DNA of 63,251 nt, filler included, from Reticulomyxa filosa (Eukaryota > Protista > Foraminifera): NCBI GenBank assembly GCA_000512085.1. It is 20 parts of 20 records of this genome, joined end to end, with 100 filler letters (N's around TTAATTAATTAA, not from the genome) between each part and the next. Parts side by side here need not be neighbours in the genome. Positions count along the whole stretch, not along the records: positions 19,042 to 30,472 come from ASPP01020061.1; positions 30,573 to 32,973 come from ASPP01045206.1; positions 33,074 to 35,740 come from ASPP01028129.1; positions 35,841 to 37,591 come from ASPP01006864.1; positions 37,692 to 39,994 come from ASPP01023905.1; 15 more parts are not named here. One strand, written 5' to 3'. A model generated the notes under the pieces. It was given only the letters and a program-made list of their open reading frames with translations. It had not been told where the DNA came from and ran no database searches. Below are positions 26,978 through 37,778 of the stretch, in pieces; position 1 is the stretch's first letter, and every line of letters begins with the position of its first letter. Made by a program: the position numbers and the translations under genes.

Positions 26978-29900
26978 ATGGAGATTTCTGATTTTTTGGA
27001 AACTGAGGCAATTGTCCAAAAGCCAGATGCAGATGATTCTGCAGGCATCACCAAAGATTTTGCGTTTGACATGGGAGACGCTGATGAAACTCACAACGAA
27101 GACGGATGGGGAGAACACAATGCAAACAAAGAAGTGAAAGCAAATGACTCCGCATCAGAAACCGATGATGATACAAAATCACCAAAAAAAAGAAAATAGA
27201 AAACCCATTTGACAGTGTAAAAAGAGACCATGAAAGACTGCCATTTTTAACAAGCACCAATGAAAAAGTATTATATCACAAAAGAATCCGTTATCAGCAA
27301 TTGGCCAAAAGAAGACAAAGGCAATCTAAAGATGAACCGACCCTGACAATCTACAAAACAAAGACGACCAATGGTACGGATATATAAACGAAAATCGATC
27401 TTCCATCATTGACTTTGAAGGAAAATATGCAGACAACGGGGAGCCACCAACAAAGAAAAGAAAAGTTTCAGTTTTGGGTTCAGTCATCTTTTTTTTTCTT
27501 TCTTCTTGAGGTCAAAACGAGAGAGCGCGATTTTGCGTGCGCAACGCAATTTTTTTTTTTTTTTTTTTTTGCCCTCGTTACATAATGCTCAATAATTTGC
27601 AATATGCATATTTTTGCGAAAAAAAATGGTCAACTGACAAATGTAATTTGATATACTCTGAACGAAGTGTATGTATGTATGTATGTAAATATGAATATAG
27701 ACCGAAGAAAATGTAACCGTGGCAATGCCAGAAGATGAAACTGACGAAAATGGCATTGATTTTATGTCATTGAAAGTCTCTCGTGTGATATTGAAAGCCA
27801 TCTATGATTTGGGATGGAAAGTGCCCACCCCTGTGCAAGTGAAGTCCATTCCTCCCGCGTTGGCAGGCAAAGACCTGTTCATCAACGCTGTGACTGGTTC
27901 TGGAAAAACAGCAGCCTTTATGATTCCTGTGTTGGAAAGACTTTTATTTACGTTCGTCATTACTTACATACACATGCATATTTATATAACATATACATAC
28001 ATGTATATACGTGATATTCTTTATATTCATGTTTTGATTTCCTACACAGCACAGATCGTACTATTGCCACCCGTGTGTTGGTGGTCACTCCCACTCGTGA
28101 ATTGGCCGCCCAATGCATGCAAATGACAAATCAGTTATCCAAGTATGCACCGGTGACTGTGACATTGGTCGTCGGTGGTTTGGACACGCAAACACAAGAG
28201 ATTTCCTTACGAAGGAAGCCAGATATCGTGATATGTACCCCGGGTCGAATGATTGACCTCGTTCGCAACTCCAGGGGTGTCACTTTGGACGATGTTGAAA
28301 TCTTGGTTCTCGACGAAGCTGATCGATTATTGGACATGGGATTCTTGTCTGAAATCGAAGAATTAGTATCTCACTTACCAAAGGAACGCCAAACTATGCT
28401 GTTGTCTGCTACTTTGACTGATGATGTCTATAATCTGGCCAAGTTTTCTTTGACTGAACCAGACAAAATTGCCGTCGATCCATCTTTGTGTTTGGCCAAC
28501 AAACTAAGCCAAGTAAAGATGGCAACACATTATATATATATATATATATATACATATATACATATGCATATAAAATATAAATGTATGAAGGAAAAACTAA
28601 AAATGCTCTTCTGTTCTCTTCTATTGGAGAGAGGGGGTTCATTGGCTTGTTTGCAAATAGGAATTTGTTCGCATCTCTCAAGGCCAAGAGAAATTGCGCT
28701 ATGCAATGCTTTTGGCATTATGCCTGAAACATTTCACATCGTCGTTATCGTTTTCTGTCGAACAAAGAAAGAAACACATTTGTTACGACTGATGTTTGGT
28801 TTGATGGGACTGAAAGCAGCGGAATTGCATGGGAACATGTCCCAATTGGATAGACTAGGTAACGTGACGCTTTGTCCAATCCTATTATAAGGTGGACAGG
28901 GGAGAGGTGAAAGGAATATTGTAAAACACATTCCTCTCTCTCCTTTCTTCCTTTTTTTTTTACTTTCTTCATTTTGCGCTTATTTGTGATGTGTGTCAAT
29001 GTTATATTGCAATAACAGACGCATTGAAAGCATTTCGTGAACGAGAAGTAGACTACTTGCTATGCACAGATGTGGCAGCACGTGGAATAGATATAGAAGG
29101 AGTCCAAACTGTCATTAACATTGAATTCCCAACCAATATAAAAACATATATCCATCGTGTAGGACGAACTGCTCGTGCAGGATGTAATGGCCATGCGGTC
29201 ACACTGGTTGGAGAACAACGCAAAAAACTTTTGAAAACATTGATTAACTCGTCCTCCAAACAAAACGATTTGAAACTACGCACCATCAATCCCGAGTTTG
29301 TGTACTGGTGCAACGAACAAATACTCGATATGAAAATAACTTGCAAAAATATCATATCCGAAGAGCAAAGCGAAAGAGAAATGCGAATATCTACTATCTT
29401 ACTCAACAAATCACAAAATATGCTCAGTCATGCCAATGAAATATTTAACAAACCTAAAAAGAATGGTATCTCTCCAAAGGCGACAAGCAGCAAATTAAAA
29501 AAGACGCACTTTTCGGTGACTTGGGAGAAGAATACGCCAATGAAATGAAGGAGAAAATCAACAGAAGAATTGAAGAAACCCTCCTCCGGAAGAAACAATT
29601 GGAGAGTGGATTAACTGCAAGAGAAATCAAACAACAAGAAAAAAGGCAATTTGAACAAATGTCCAAGCTCGAAAAGGAACGCTTTTACAAAAAAAAACAA
29701 GAAAAACTTGAAAAGCAACAAAAGAAGAAAGAAATAAGTTTAAATTTATTATTATTATTATTGTTTTTGTGCTCCTTTATTTTTATTCAAATTTTCATAC
29801 TTTCTTGGGGGAAATGGTCATAGACTTATCCAAAAAATTGGCTTCCCAGGCGATGATTGAACAAAAGAAGCTGCGAATGACTAAGAAAGAAAACAAGCTC

Positions 29901-30089
29901 AACAACCAAAAGTCTCAGAAAAATAGAAAGAGGAAATATTCTGAAGTTACTCAGACGGACCGACTTGCTGGAGAATCATCTAGAGAGATTAGAACACTTG
30001 AAAATATGAATAAAGAGAAGAATCTTCTTGTGAGGAAAAAAGTTGCCAAGCGTTCCAAAAAAAGAAAGTATGCCGATAGAAGAAAGTAG
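26978..30089 (+). CDS. DDX27: DEAD-box RNA helicase DDX27/Drs1 (60S biogenesis), multi-exon
   Basis: Q motif PTPVQ, AVTGSGKTAAF.IP.LERLL, PTRELA, TPGR.ID, ILVLDEADR, SAT, ELHGN.SQ, TDVAARGIDI, YIHRVGRTARAG; acidic N-terminus and Lys-rich C-terminus. A few single-base frameshifts. Confidence 0.92.
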
Positions 30090-30433
30090 GATAATAATTT
30101 TTAAAAAAATCATGGTTTATTCATTTGCATTATTTTAATTTATTTTCAAATCAATTAAAGCTATTCAAAAAAAAGATTTCAAATTAACTCAACAACATTT
30201 ATTAAAAATAATAGATATCGTGAAGAATCTAAAAATTGTATTTGGTTTTAATAAAAGTGTAGAAAACCATAAAAATCGTTTATGCATTTTTGAAAGCTAT
30301 AAAAAAAATCAATGTTTCGTTCTAGTATTAAAAGATGAAAATATTACACATTTCATTCAAAAAATGTTGATATTATTTAAAAAACAGATTTTGAATAAAT
30401 GTTCATATATAGATTTTTTAGCTGTTGCTTGTA

Positions 30434-30472
30434 CAGTAAGATAAAAAAGAAAGTTGACACCTAAAATGCCAC
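30434..30472 (+). mobile_element. Putative Tc1/mariner-like terminal inverted repeat, copy 1
   Basis: TA|CAGTAAGATAAAAAAGAAAGTTGACACCTAAAATGCCAC running into the contig end; homologous to 35890-35841 and 60562-60598. Confidence 0.6.
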
Positions 30473-30572
30473 NNNNNNNNNNNNNNNNNNNNNNNNNNNN
30501 NNNNNNNNNNNNNNNNTTAATTAATTAANNNNNNNNNNNNNNNNNNNNNNNNNNNNNNNNNNNNNNNNNNNN

Positions 30573-30761
30573 ATTCGTTTTTGGGATATTCGATCAAATA
30601 AAAATGAGTTGTATATAATCAAAGGAGATAATAAAGAAGATAATGGAATTTTGTGCCTTAAATGTATTATACCAAAAAAGAAAGATAAAACAAAGAATGT
30701 TACATATTATTTGAATTTGTGTTATGGTTCAAATAATGGTCACATTCGTATTTGGGGATAA
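30573..30761 (+). CDS. C-terminal end of an expanded-family WD40 protein
   Basis: IRFWDIRSNKNELYIIKGDNKEDNGILCLK...LCYGSNNGHIRIWG*. Confidence 0.85.
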   Translation: MRFWDIRSNKNELYIIKGDNKEDNGILCLKCIIPKKKDKTKNVTYYLNLCYGSNNGHIRIWG

Positions 30762-31877
30762 TTTACTTTTTGTCGAATAAGAAGTGAAAGTGTTTTTGGT
30801 TGAAAATTTTAATTAAAAGAAAAGTAAGATTATATTAAATTTGTTTGATTTAATTGAATGCAAGCATTTGACAATGTGTTCTATCTTATTTTGTTGTTTA
30901 AAAAAATTTAAAAAGCTGCGTTCAATGTCCTTTAAAGCATAATTAATGAAAATTGTATCCAAATAGTAAAATAAATTGCAATACTAACTTTTTAGTTCTA
31001 AAATAAATATGTTAATACGTCCAGAAATAGGCACATTAAAAAAATATTTTTCAAAACATTTTCATAGTTATCAAAATTATTCATTGAATAATTGGAAAAC
31101 ATCTCAATAACAGAGCAAAGTGTTTTCTTTGATTCTACAATAACATAATAAGCAAAGTATGAATTGTTACAACATTAAATTAACTCTCAAATATTTTTTG
31201 TCCTTTGTCAGGGCAATTTAATCAATTTTCCTTTTCGAAAACACAAAAAACTGGACATCATGTTTTTGTGCAAATATGTTGACTGTTTAGAATAATTCCA
31301 GGCTTGACAATTACAACTAATTATTGGAAAGAGAGCATTGACCAAGAAGCCAATCCGAAACCTCGTTCCTTGTGTTTTTATTGCACAACACATATCAAAT
31401 TAAATTTGGATAAACAGTGTCAAAATATCCAACACAGGAAAAAGCTAAAGGAATAAATAAAGATGCATTATCAAAAACAATAACTTTTCTTGAATCAAGA
31501 TATGAATAATAAGTAAATCAAAAAATGCATCAGATAAAGATATTCTTCAATATCTCAGGAATAATTCATCTCAAGATACTGTCTCTTTGATGCAGCTATT
31601 AAAAGATTTTCAGCATTGAAATATCCTAAATCAATCAATTCTTCCAGATATAATATCACTTAGGTATATAAAATAAATTTGATTTACAAAACATTATTTT
31701 GAACAATGGTTTAAGAAACAACAAGTTTGATCTGGTAACAATTAACAAACAAGTTTTTCTTTTGCAGTTATTTGATTTTCTATCAAAATTTCTTTAGCGT
31801 ATGATAAACCAAAAAAAATAGTGTGCAATATTCAAGTATATTTGTTTATCGAATTAATTTTTCAAAGTTGAAATGCA

Positions 31878-32040
31878 TTGTATGAACAAAAATTAAATAT
31901 GAATACAATTTAAAGCTACAAAGTGTAAGCCATTTCAAGATTCTTAATAATTGATTTTTATCTGTCATTTTTTAAGGAAACAAGTTAATTCAAAAAGAAA
32001 GGTACAATGTTCGTGTTTCCGATACTTTCATTGTTTCAAT
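31878..32040 (+). repeat. Dispersed ~150-160-bp repeat, copy A
   Basis: AATACAATTTAAAGCTACA..CATTTCAAGATTCTT..AAAAAGAAAGGTACAA..CGTGTTTCCGATA matches the reverse complement of 60971-61118. Confidence 0.85.
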
Positions 32041-32420
32041 ATTTCTCCAGACTCTGCATTCCAAAGATTAATTGTTTTATCGTGTGATGATGACACTATC
32101 ATTTTACTGTCTGATGAAAATTGGGTACCCAATACATTTTGTGAATGTCTCAATAATTTTTTGATTTTTATTCCAGAATGTATATCCCATAATCATGTTG
32201 TATTATCTTGCAACTTGGTACAATATATTTTCCATCTGGAGAAAAGTTTATATCCCATATCCTATTGTTATCACTTTTCAATTTCAGCCCCTGTATTGAC
32301 ACCCATCCATTGAAACAACAGTATTTCTATCTGATGAAAATCTCGCAGCAAAGACTTGATCAGTATGTCTTCTAAAAATTTGATGCTGTTTTCCCGATTT
32401 AGCATCCACATTGAGATTGA
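32035..32420 (-). pseudogene. Degraded WD40-repeat pseudogene
   Basis: Minus-strand remnants HTDQVFAARFSSD, FSPDGKYI, WDIHSGIK, FSSDSKMIVSSSHDKTINLWNAESGE, with frameshifts. Confidence 0.8.
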
Positions 32421-32656
32421 AAGTGAGATTTTTGATTTTTGATTATTTGTGTTAATGTTACCGAACTATGAAGAAGTTTATATTTAATTTTGAAATACTT
32501 TATTTAGCTAACATTGATAATTCTATTTGAAAGAAAATAATTTTCAAAATTACTAGCTATGAATTGGACATATAAAACGATTTGTATTTTTAAAACAAGT
32601 TTCGTTCAATTCATAAATATTGCAGTAATTTAAAAAACTTTATTCTATACATCCAC

Positions 32657-32973
32657 TCAACAAACATTAATTGGACCTTTACATGAACCATAAAATAAAT
32701 TAACATCGTAATCACCACTCAATTTTTGTCTATTGTTTTTTAATTTCTTTTTTAATGATATAAATTTAAGACATATTATTCCATTGTTCTCTTTATCTCC
32801 TTCAATTAAATATAATTCTTTCTTATTTGATCGAATATCCCAAAAACGGATTGTATTATCATCTGATGCAGAACATATCACATTTGAACAACTACCAGAA
32901 ATTTCACTACTGTTCTTTATTACAAATGGTGAATATTCAACAGTATTTACCATATTTGAATGCCCATTAAACT
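32657..32973 (-). CDS. C-terminal end of an expanded-family WD40 protein (possibly a pseudogene)
   Basis: FNGHSNMVNTVEYSPF...NVICSASDDNTIRFWDIRSNKKELY...LFYGS.KGPINVC*. Confidence 0.85.
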
Positions 32974-35009
32974 NNNNNNNNNNNNNNNNNNNNNNNNNNN
33001 NNNNNNNNNNNNNNNNNTTAATTAATTAANNNNNNNNNNNNNNNNNNNNNNNNNNNNNNNNNNNNNNNNNNNNGACGACTCCTGCGATGCAAATACTGCA
33101 TCAAATAAGTGGTCTTGCGTGCAGCAACAACAGATTTTGAAGGGGAGCCACGTTTTTTTAATTACGACGCAGGAATAGGAACAGCGCAGGAACATGATAT
33201 CATAATAACAATTTCAGGAATTAATAATAAAAATAAAAATAAAAGAAAAAGAAATTCACTAAAAAAGTTAATCAAAATGCACACCACATACAAATACGAA
33301 CAGTCATTCACTCTTCTCTATCTCTAATAACAAAAAACCTTCACTAAAAAAAAAAAAAAAAAAAACGAAAAAAACATTGCATCAAACTAAAGCAAAGTAT
33401 GTCACAACATGAGAAAGGGAGTAAGAGTGGAAAAAAAAGTGCAAGAGAGTGAGTAAGGATGCAAAAGGGGGGAAGGGGACGTACTAGCAACGAGGGAGAA
33501 AAGTTGCAAAGTACCAAAGGGGAACAGTTGTTAAAATTTAAAAAAAAAAAAAAAAACCGACAGGGACAATTGCCATTTGAATCACCAATTCTACGAATTC
33601 AGCGATAATCCAATGCCAACCTATTCACAAAACACACAAGTAATTTAATATCGACATAAACACACTAAAACGTATAGAAATAACTTCAAATACGGAATGA
33701 TGTTGCATGACGGCCGTCCGTCAGCCGAATAAATGGACGCATATGATAGCATATCTCCGTCTCTCTCTTCACCCTCTGTTGACACGGCCATCACCGGCCG
33801 GTAACACCAAGGGGGGGGGGAGACATTATTATAATGTCCATCCTCAGATGGACACTGCCAGAAACCAGTCCTGCAAACATTATCGTCGGTAATGATTTCA
33901 CGCAAACACATATCATGTGGCCGCTGTTTGCCTCAATCACCGACTCGTCCATTGCACGCAATACTCGCGATGATACATCGCTATCATAATAAGCGCATTA
34001 TTGCGCTAACGGCTGACCGGCTCCTTTTTACCGGGGACCCCACCACCAAAAATCACCAAGCCATCATCTGCAATCAAATAACACCAAAATCTCAATACCC
34101 ATTACAATCACCACTCTATCACGACTCCTTCTGCTACATCTTTATCACGAACGATCGTCGGCTCTCTATTTTATTTGTGGTGATGTTTGACAACTCCAAA
34201 CTTTCACGTATTAAAAAACAAAAAAAAAAGTGTTTGTTTAACTCTTTCCGAATGAGATCAACGCAAATACCAATATTTATCTCGCTACCACTGACGTCCG
34301 GACACGAACGAAAACGAACACCTTTGGAAAAAGGGAAGAAATCGTTCAGTTCAACTTTCTTTTTTTTCTTACAGAACCACTGTCACCTCGTCCTAAAAAC
34401 TCTTTCACAAAGGAAATACTTCATATGCTGTTCTTATTTAAATAATTTGTTCAATTGTGACAAAGTATTAAAAGTAAAAACTTGATACTGGTACAACCTT
34501 TGAATAAATTCTTTTCTCAATAAGATAGATGGAGATCCTACAAAAGATGAAAGAATAGAGTAATTTTTCTCAAAATATATATTCAAGATTATCTCACGTA
34601 CAAATGATAACATTATCCAGTTAGGGATTTAACTTCAAAAAGAGTTTAAATCACGTACTGTATTTGTATTTTCACTTATTCCTATCTGGTGTTGAAACTT
34701 TATAAAATATTTCAACACATACTAGATCTAGAAAACAAAATTTCACAAATAACGCTTCTACATTATAGTTCAGATAGTATTGCATCAATCCACTGTGTAT
34801 TTGTAATATGTTTTTTTAAAATTTCAGTAGGATAATTTTATTATTTGCTCAAAAGTATTACACACTCACACAAGTTAGCTTGTTTTTTCAACTGAATTGC
34901 CTCTTTTCGTTAAACCAAAAGTGGAAAAGAACTGAAAATATCAAAGACGGGGCTGTACTCTCTAAAACAGTGTTTTGAATATCTTTTTTTTATATGAAGA
35001 ATCTGATAC

Positions 35010-35592
35010 ATGTCTGTGTATTTTCAACCAGATGAGCGACGTGATTTATTTGTGGTGGGTTCTGCAACCAACTCGTATTCTTTGAAGCGATGTAGTGACT
35101 TCAAGTACTTTGACGTCCAGAAATTGAGCGCCTATGTGAAAAAGTGCAAGCAAATAATCGCAAGTGACAGTTGCATGCTGTTGTTGCTTGAGGACAACAC
35201 AATAGTATGTCAGGGGAACAATTACAATGGGTTGTTTGGGTGCCCCGTCAAACATGAAAACCGTTACGAACAAGCAACTTACGTCAACACATATTTTAGA
35301 GATGCGAATATTGAGGTTCGAAGATTGGTGATGAACACATTTTCAGCACAACATATATACGCAATCTGTGAGCCCTTATCATCGACCGGTTCAATTCAAA
35401 CCAACAACCGCCTTCTATGGACATCAAAAAGCGTGAATTACATCTATGCTTGGGGAGTCAATGAACATTATCCGAAAAGATTTCCAGTCTCGGAAATATA
35501 TCCAACACAACCGATCCTATGTTCTACTTTGAGCAAGCTCTTGCCCATTTCAGACATTTGCTGTTTGCGCAACGCCACAATTTTTATTACAG
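35010..35592 (+). CDS. RCC1/BLIP-II repeat protein, first exon (3' partial)
   Basis: LLLLEDNTIVCQGNNYNGLFG, IYAWGVN, PISDICC...TIFIT followed by a GT donor and an AT-rich intron. Confidence 0.65.
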
Positions 35593-35657
35593 GTTGGTTT
35601 GTTATGTTTATATTATATGTTCCATTCCTTTTTTAAGAGTCAAAATCAAACAAACAA

Positions 35658-35691
<34 letters not shown>

Positions 35692-35840
35692 TTCTTTATA
35701 TTTCTTTTTATATACATATATTTATTTGTATTTATTAAAGNNNNNNNNNNNNNNNNNNNNNNNNNNNNNNNNNNNNNNNNNNNNTTAATTAATTAANNNN
35801 NNNNNNNNNNNNNNNNNNNNNNNNNNNNNNNNNNNNNNNN

Positions 35841-35890
35841 CATCTCTATAAGGTGCCGTTTAGGTGTCAACTTTACTTTGCATTTTACTG
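35841..35890 (-). mobile_element. Putative Tc1/mariner-like terminal inverted repeat, copy 2
   Basis: Reverse complement reads TA|CAGTAAAATGCAAAGTAAAGTTGACACCTAAACGGCACC, at the contig start. Confidence 0.6.
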
Positions 35891-36624
35891 TACATTAACA
35901 ATCATTTTGATTATTCTCATTGTCAAAAGAGAAAATTGAGATAAAAATATTGCAATAAAATAAATGACACGTAAAATGTATTGATATGAATTGAACTAAT
36001 AAAGATCTTTTCTAATTTTGAGATTATGATTAGACAATATGATATTATTAATTTACGAATAAATTGTTGGTATTTTCAATTATTAATCTTTCTTTATTCA
36101 ATTCTTTTCAATATTTTCGAGCCCTATGCGATAAAAACTTTCCAAGTGAACCGTTTAAGCGACTTTTTACTTTGCTGTTGTAGGAAAAGAATGTTTTGAT
36201 CTACTTTTGACGATAAACGTTATCAAATTGAAAGAGGAAAGCAACTCGCAAAGAAAAGGTTTTAGAAAAAGGTGTTCAAAAGTTTCTTAAGCCTTGCTCA
36301 CAAATTGTGACCACTTTTTTAAATAAATTTTCTTTTTCGTTTAAAGTTGTGCTTTTACTTTTCAGTTACACTGTCTTCTGCCATTTCAAAAACTAAATAA
36401 TTTTTTTTTACAACTGTACCAAAAATGGAGTGCAAAACGTAGATAATTTTTGTGGTTTTTAGTAATGCTCCTAATTCAAATCGGTAATGATTTTATTTAA
36501 GATAACACACTCTGAAGTAGTTTTCATTTACAAGCGAGTAAAATAAAACAAAAAAAAACAATAATATTTACTTTGACATTTGAATGGATGCAAATTTTCA
36601 ATAATATACATATGCACATTGAAA

Positions 36625-37485
36625 TTATTTGTAGATTCGATTGAAGGGTTTTGGATCAATATTTTTAATATCATCTGATGACAACTCAAATCCATAAATG
36701 GCAATCCTGCCTTTTCCACCAGCGTTTATTTGATGTTGGTTTCCTCCAATACACGTAATAGTGCCAAACGATTGTCCAAGTGTAATAGAATCGGATTTGG
36801 ATTGGCATTGTAATTCAATCAATATCGATCCTCCACTTCCACCACCACCACCACGATCACATCCATTTCCCCCATTGGCTTGAATCGAGCCGTGATTGGT
36901 CAGCTGTTGTCCAATTACCAGTTCAATTATCCCACCACCATCTCCCCCACCAAACCAACCACCGCCACCACTTCCAAAGTGTATTTCTTTTAGCAGAGTG
37001 TCCTCTCCACACACATCTCCTCCTTTTTCTCCTTCTCCTTTAGTTCCATATCCACCGCCACCACAAACAGTATCACTCGCTCCATACCCGCCCTTTCCAG
37101 AGCCACTATCTCTCGGATGTCCCAATTGTGAACAATCAATTTTTGACGAAGACTGTTTAATCCACAAATGACTTGTTTTGATTTTCAAATGTCCAAGCTC
37201 TTCTCTTTTGCTCTTCCTACTGCAATTCACTGTCAATGTGATATGTTCTCCAACCAAGAATACCCCAAAGTTATAGCTATTCCATTCCCTGTTCTTCAAT
37301 TCTATTGTTTGATTGTTTTCACTTATCAATAAGAAATCCACACCATTTCTTAGAGCTGGAGTATCAATGAACAGTAGCATGTCCTCACAATTTTTTGCAT
37401 TGCTTTTTTCCTCGATTTGTTGTCTTTTGAATTGGACAATGCTTTCATTCATTTCTGATTTCAATTGTTCGATAGCCCTTGTCAA
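36625..37485 (-). CDS. Expanded-family protein: coiled coil plus glycine-rich C-terminal domain (5' partial)
   Basis: GHLKIKTSHLWIK..SKIDCSQLG, GGGGYGTKG, LLKEIHFGSGGG, GGGIIEL, NHGSIQANG, GGGSGGSILIE, GGKGRIAIYG. Confidence 0.85.
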   Translation of the reverse strand: MTRAIEQLKSEMNESIVQFKRQQIEEKSNAKNCEDMLLFIDTPALRNGVDFLLISENNQTIELKNREWNSYNFGVFLVGEHITLTVNCSRKSKREELGHLKIKTSHLWIKQSSSKIDCSQLGHPRDSGSGKGGYGASDTVCGGGGYGTKGEGEKGGDVCGEDTLLKEIHFGSGGGGWFGGGDGGGIIELVIGQQLTNHGSIQANGGNGCDRGGGGGSGGSILIELQCQSKSDSITLGQSFGTITCIGGNQHQINAGGKGRIAIYGFELSSDDIKNIDPKPFNRIYK

Positions 37486-37560
37486 ATCGCTTACTTGTCT
37501 CTATTGTGCGTTTAACCAATTCAAACAATGAGAATATATACATATACATATACATATATG

Positions 37561-37591
<31 letters not shown>

Positions 37592-37778
37592 NNNNNNNNN
37601 NNNNNNNNNNNNNNNNNNNNNNNNNNNNNNNNNNNTTAATTAATTAANNNNNNNNNNNNNNNNNNNNNNNNNNNNNNNNNNNNNNNNNNNNAAAAAAAAA
37701 AAAAAAAAAAAAAATAGTGTTTAATAATATATTGATATTGACATTGACAGTCATTTTGTATATATCTTTGTCTCTTTT

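Noticed and set aside
27180-29470. Frameshifts in DDX27 (near 27190, 28740, 29460) and at the Aurora intron as programmed frameshifting or pseudogenisation
   Set aside because: They are single-base shifts, mostly in homopolymer runs, in otherwise well-conserved genes; most likely sequencing errors.
33645-34300. GC-richer coding-like stretch
   Set aside because: Probably another decayed gene, but no frame gives a recognisable family, so it is not annotated.
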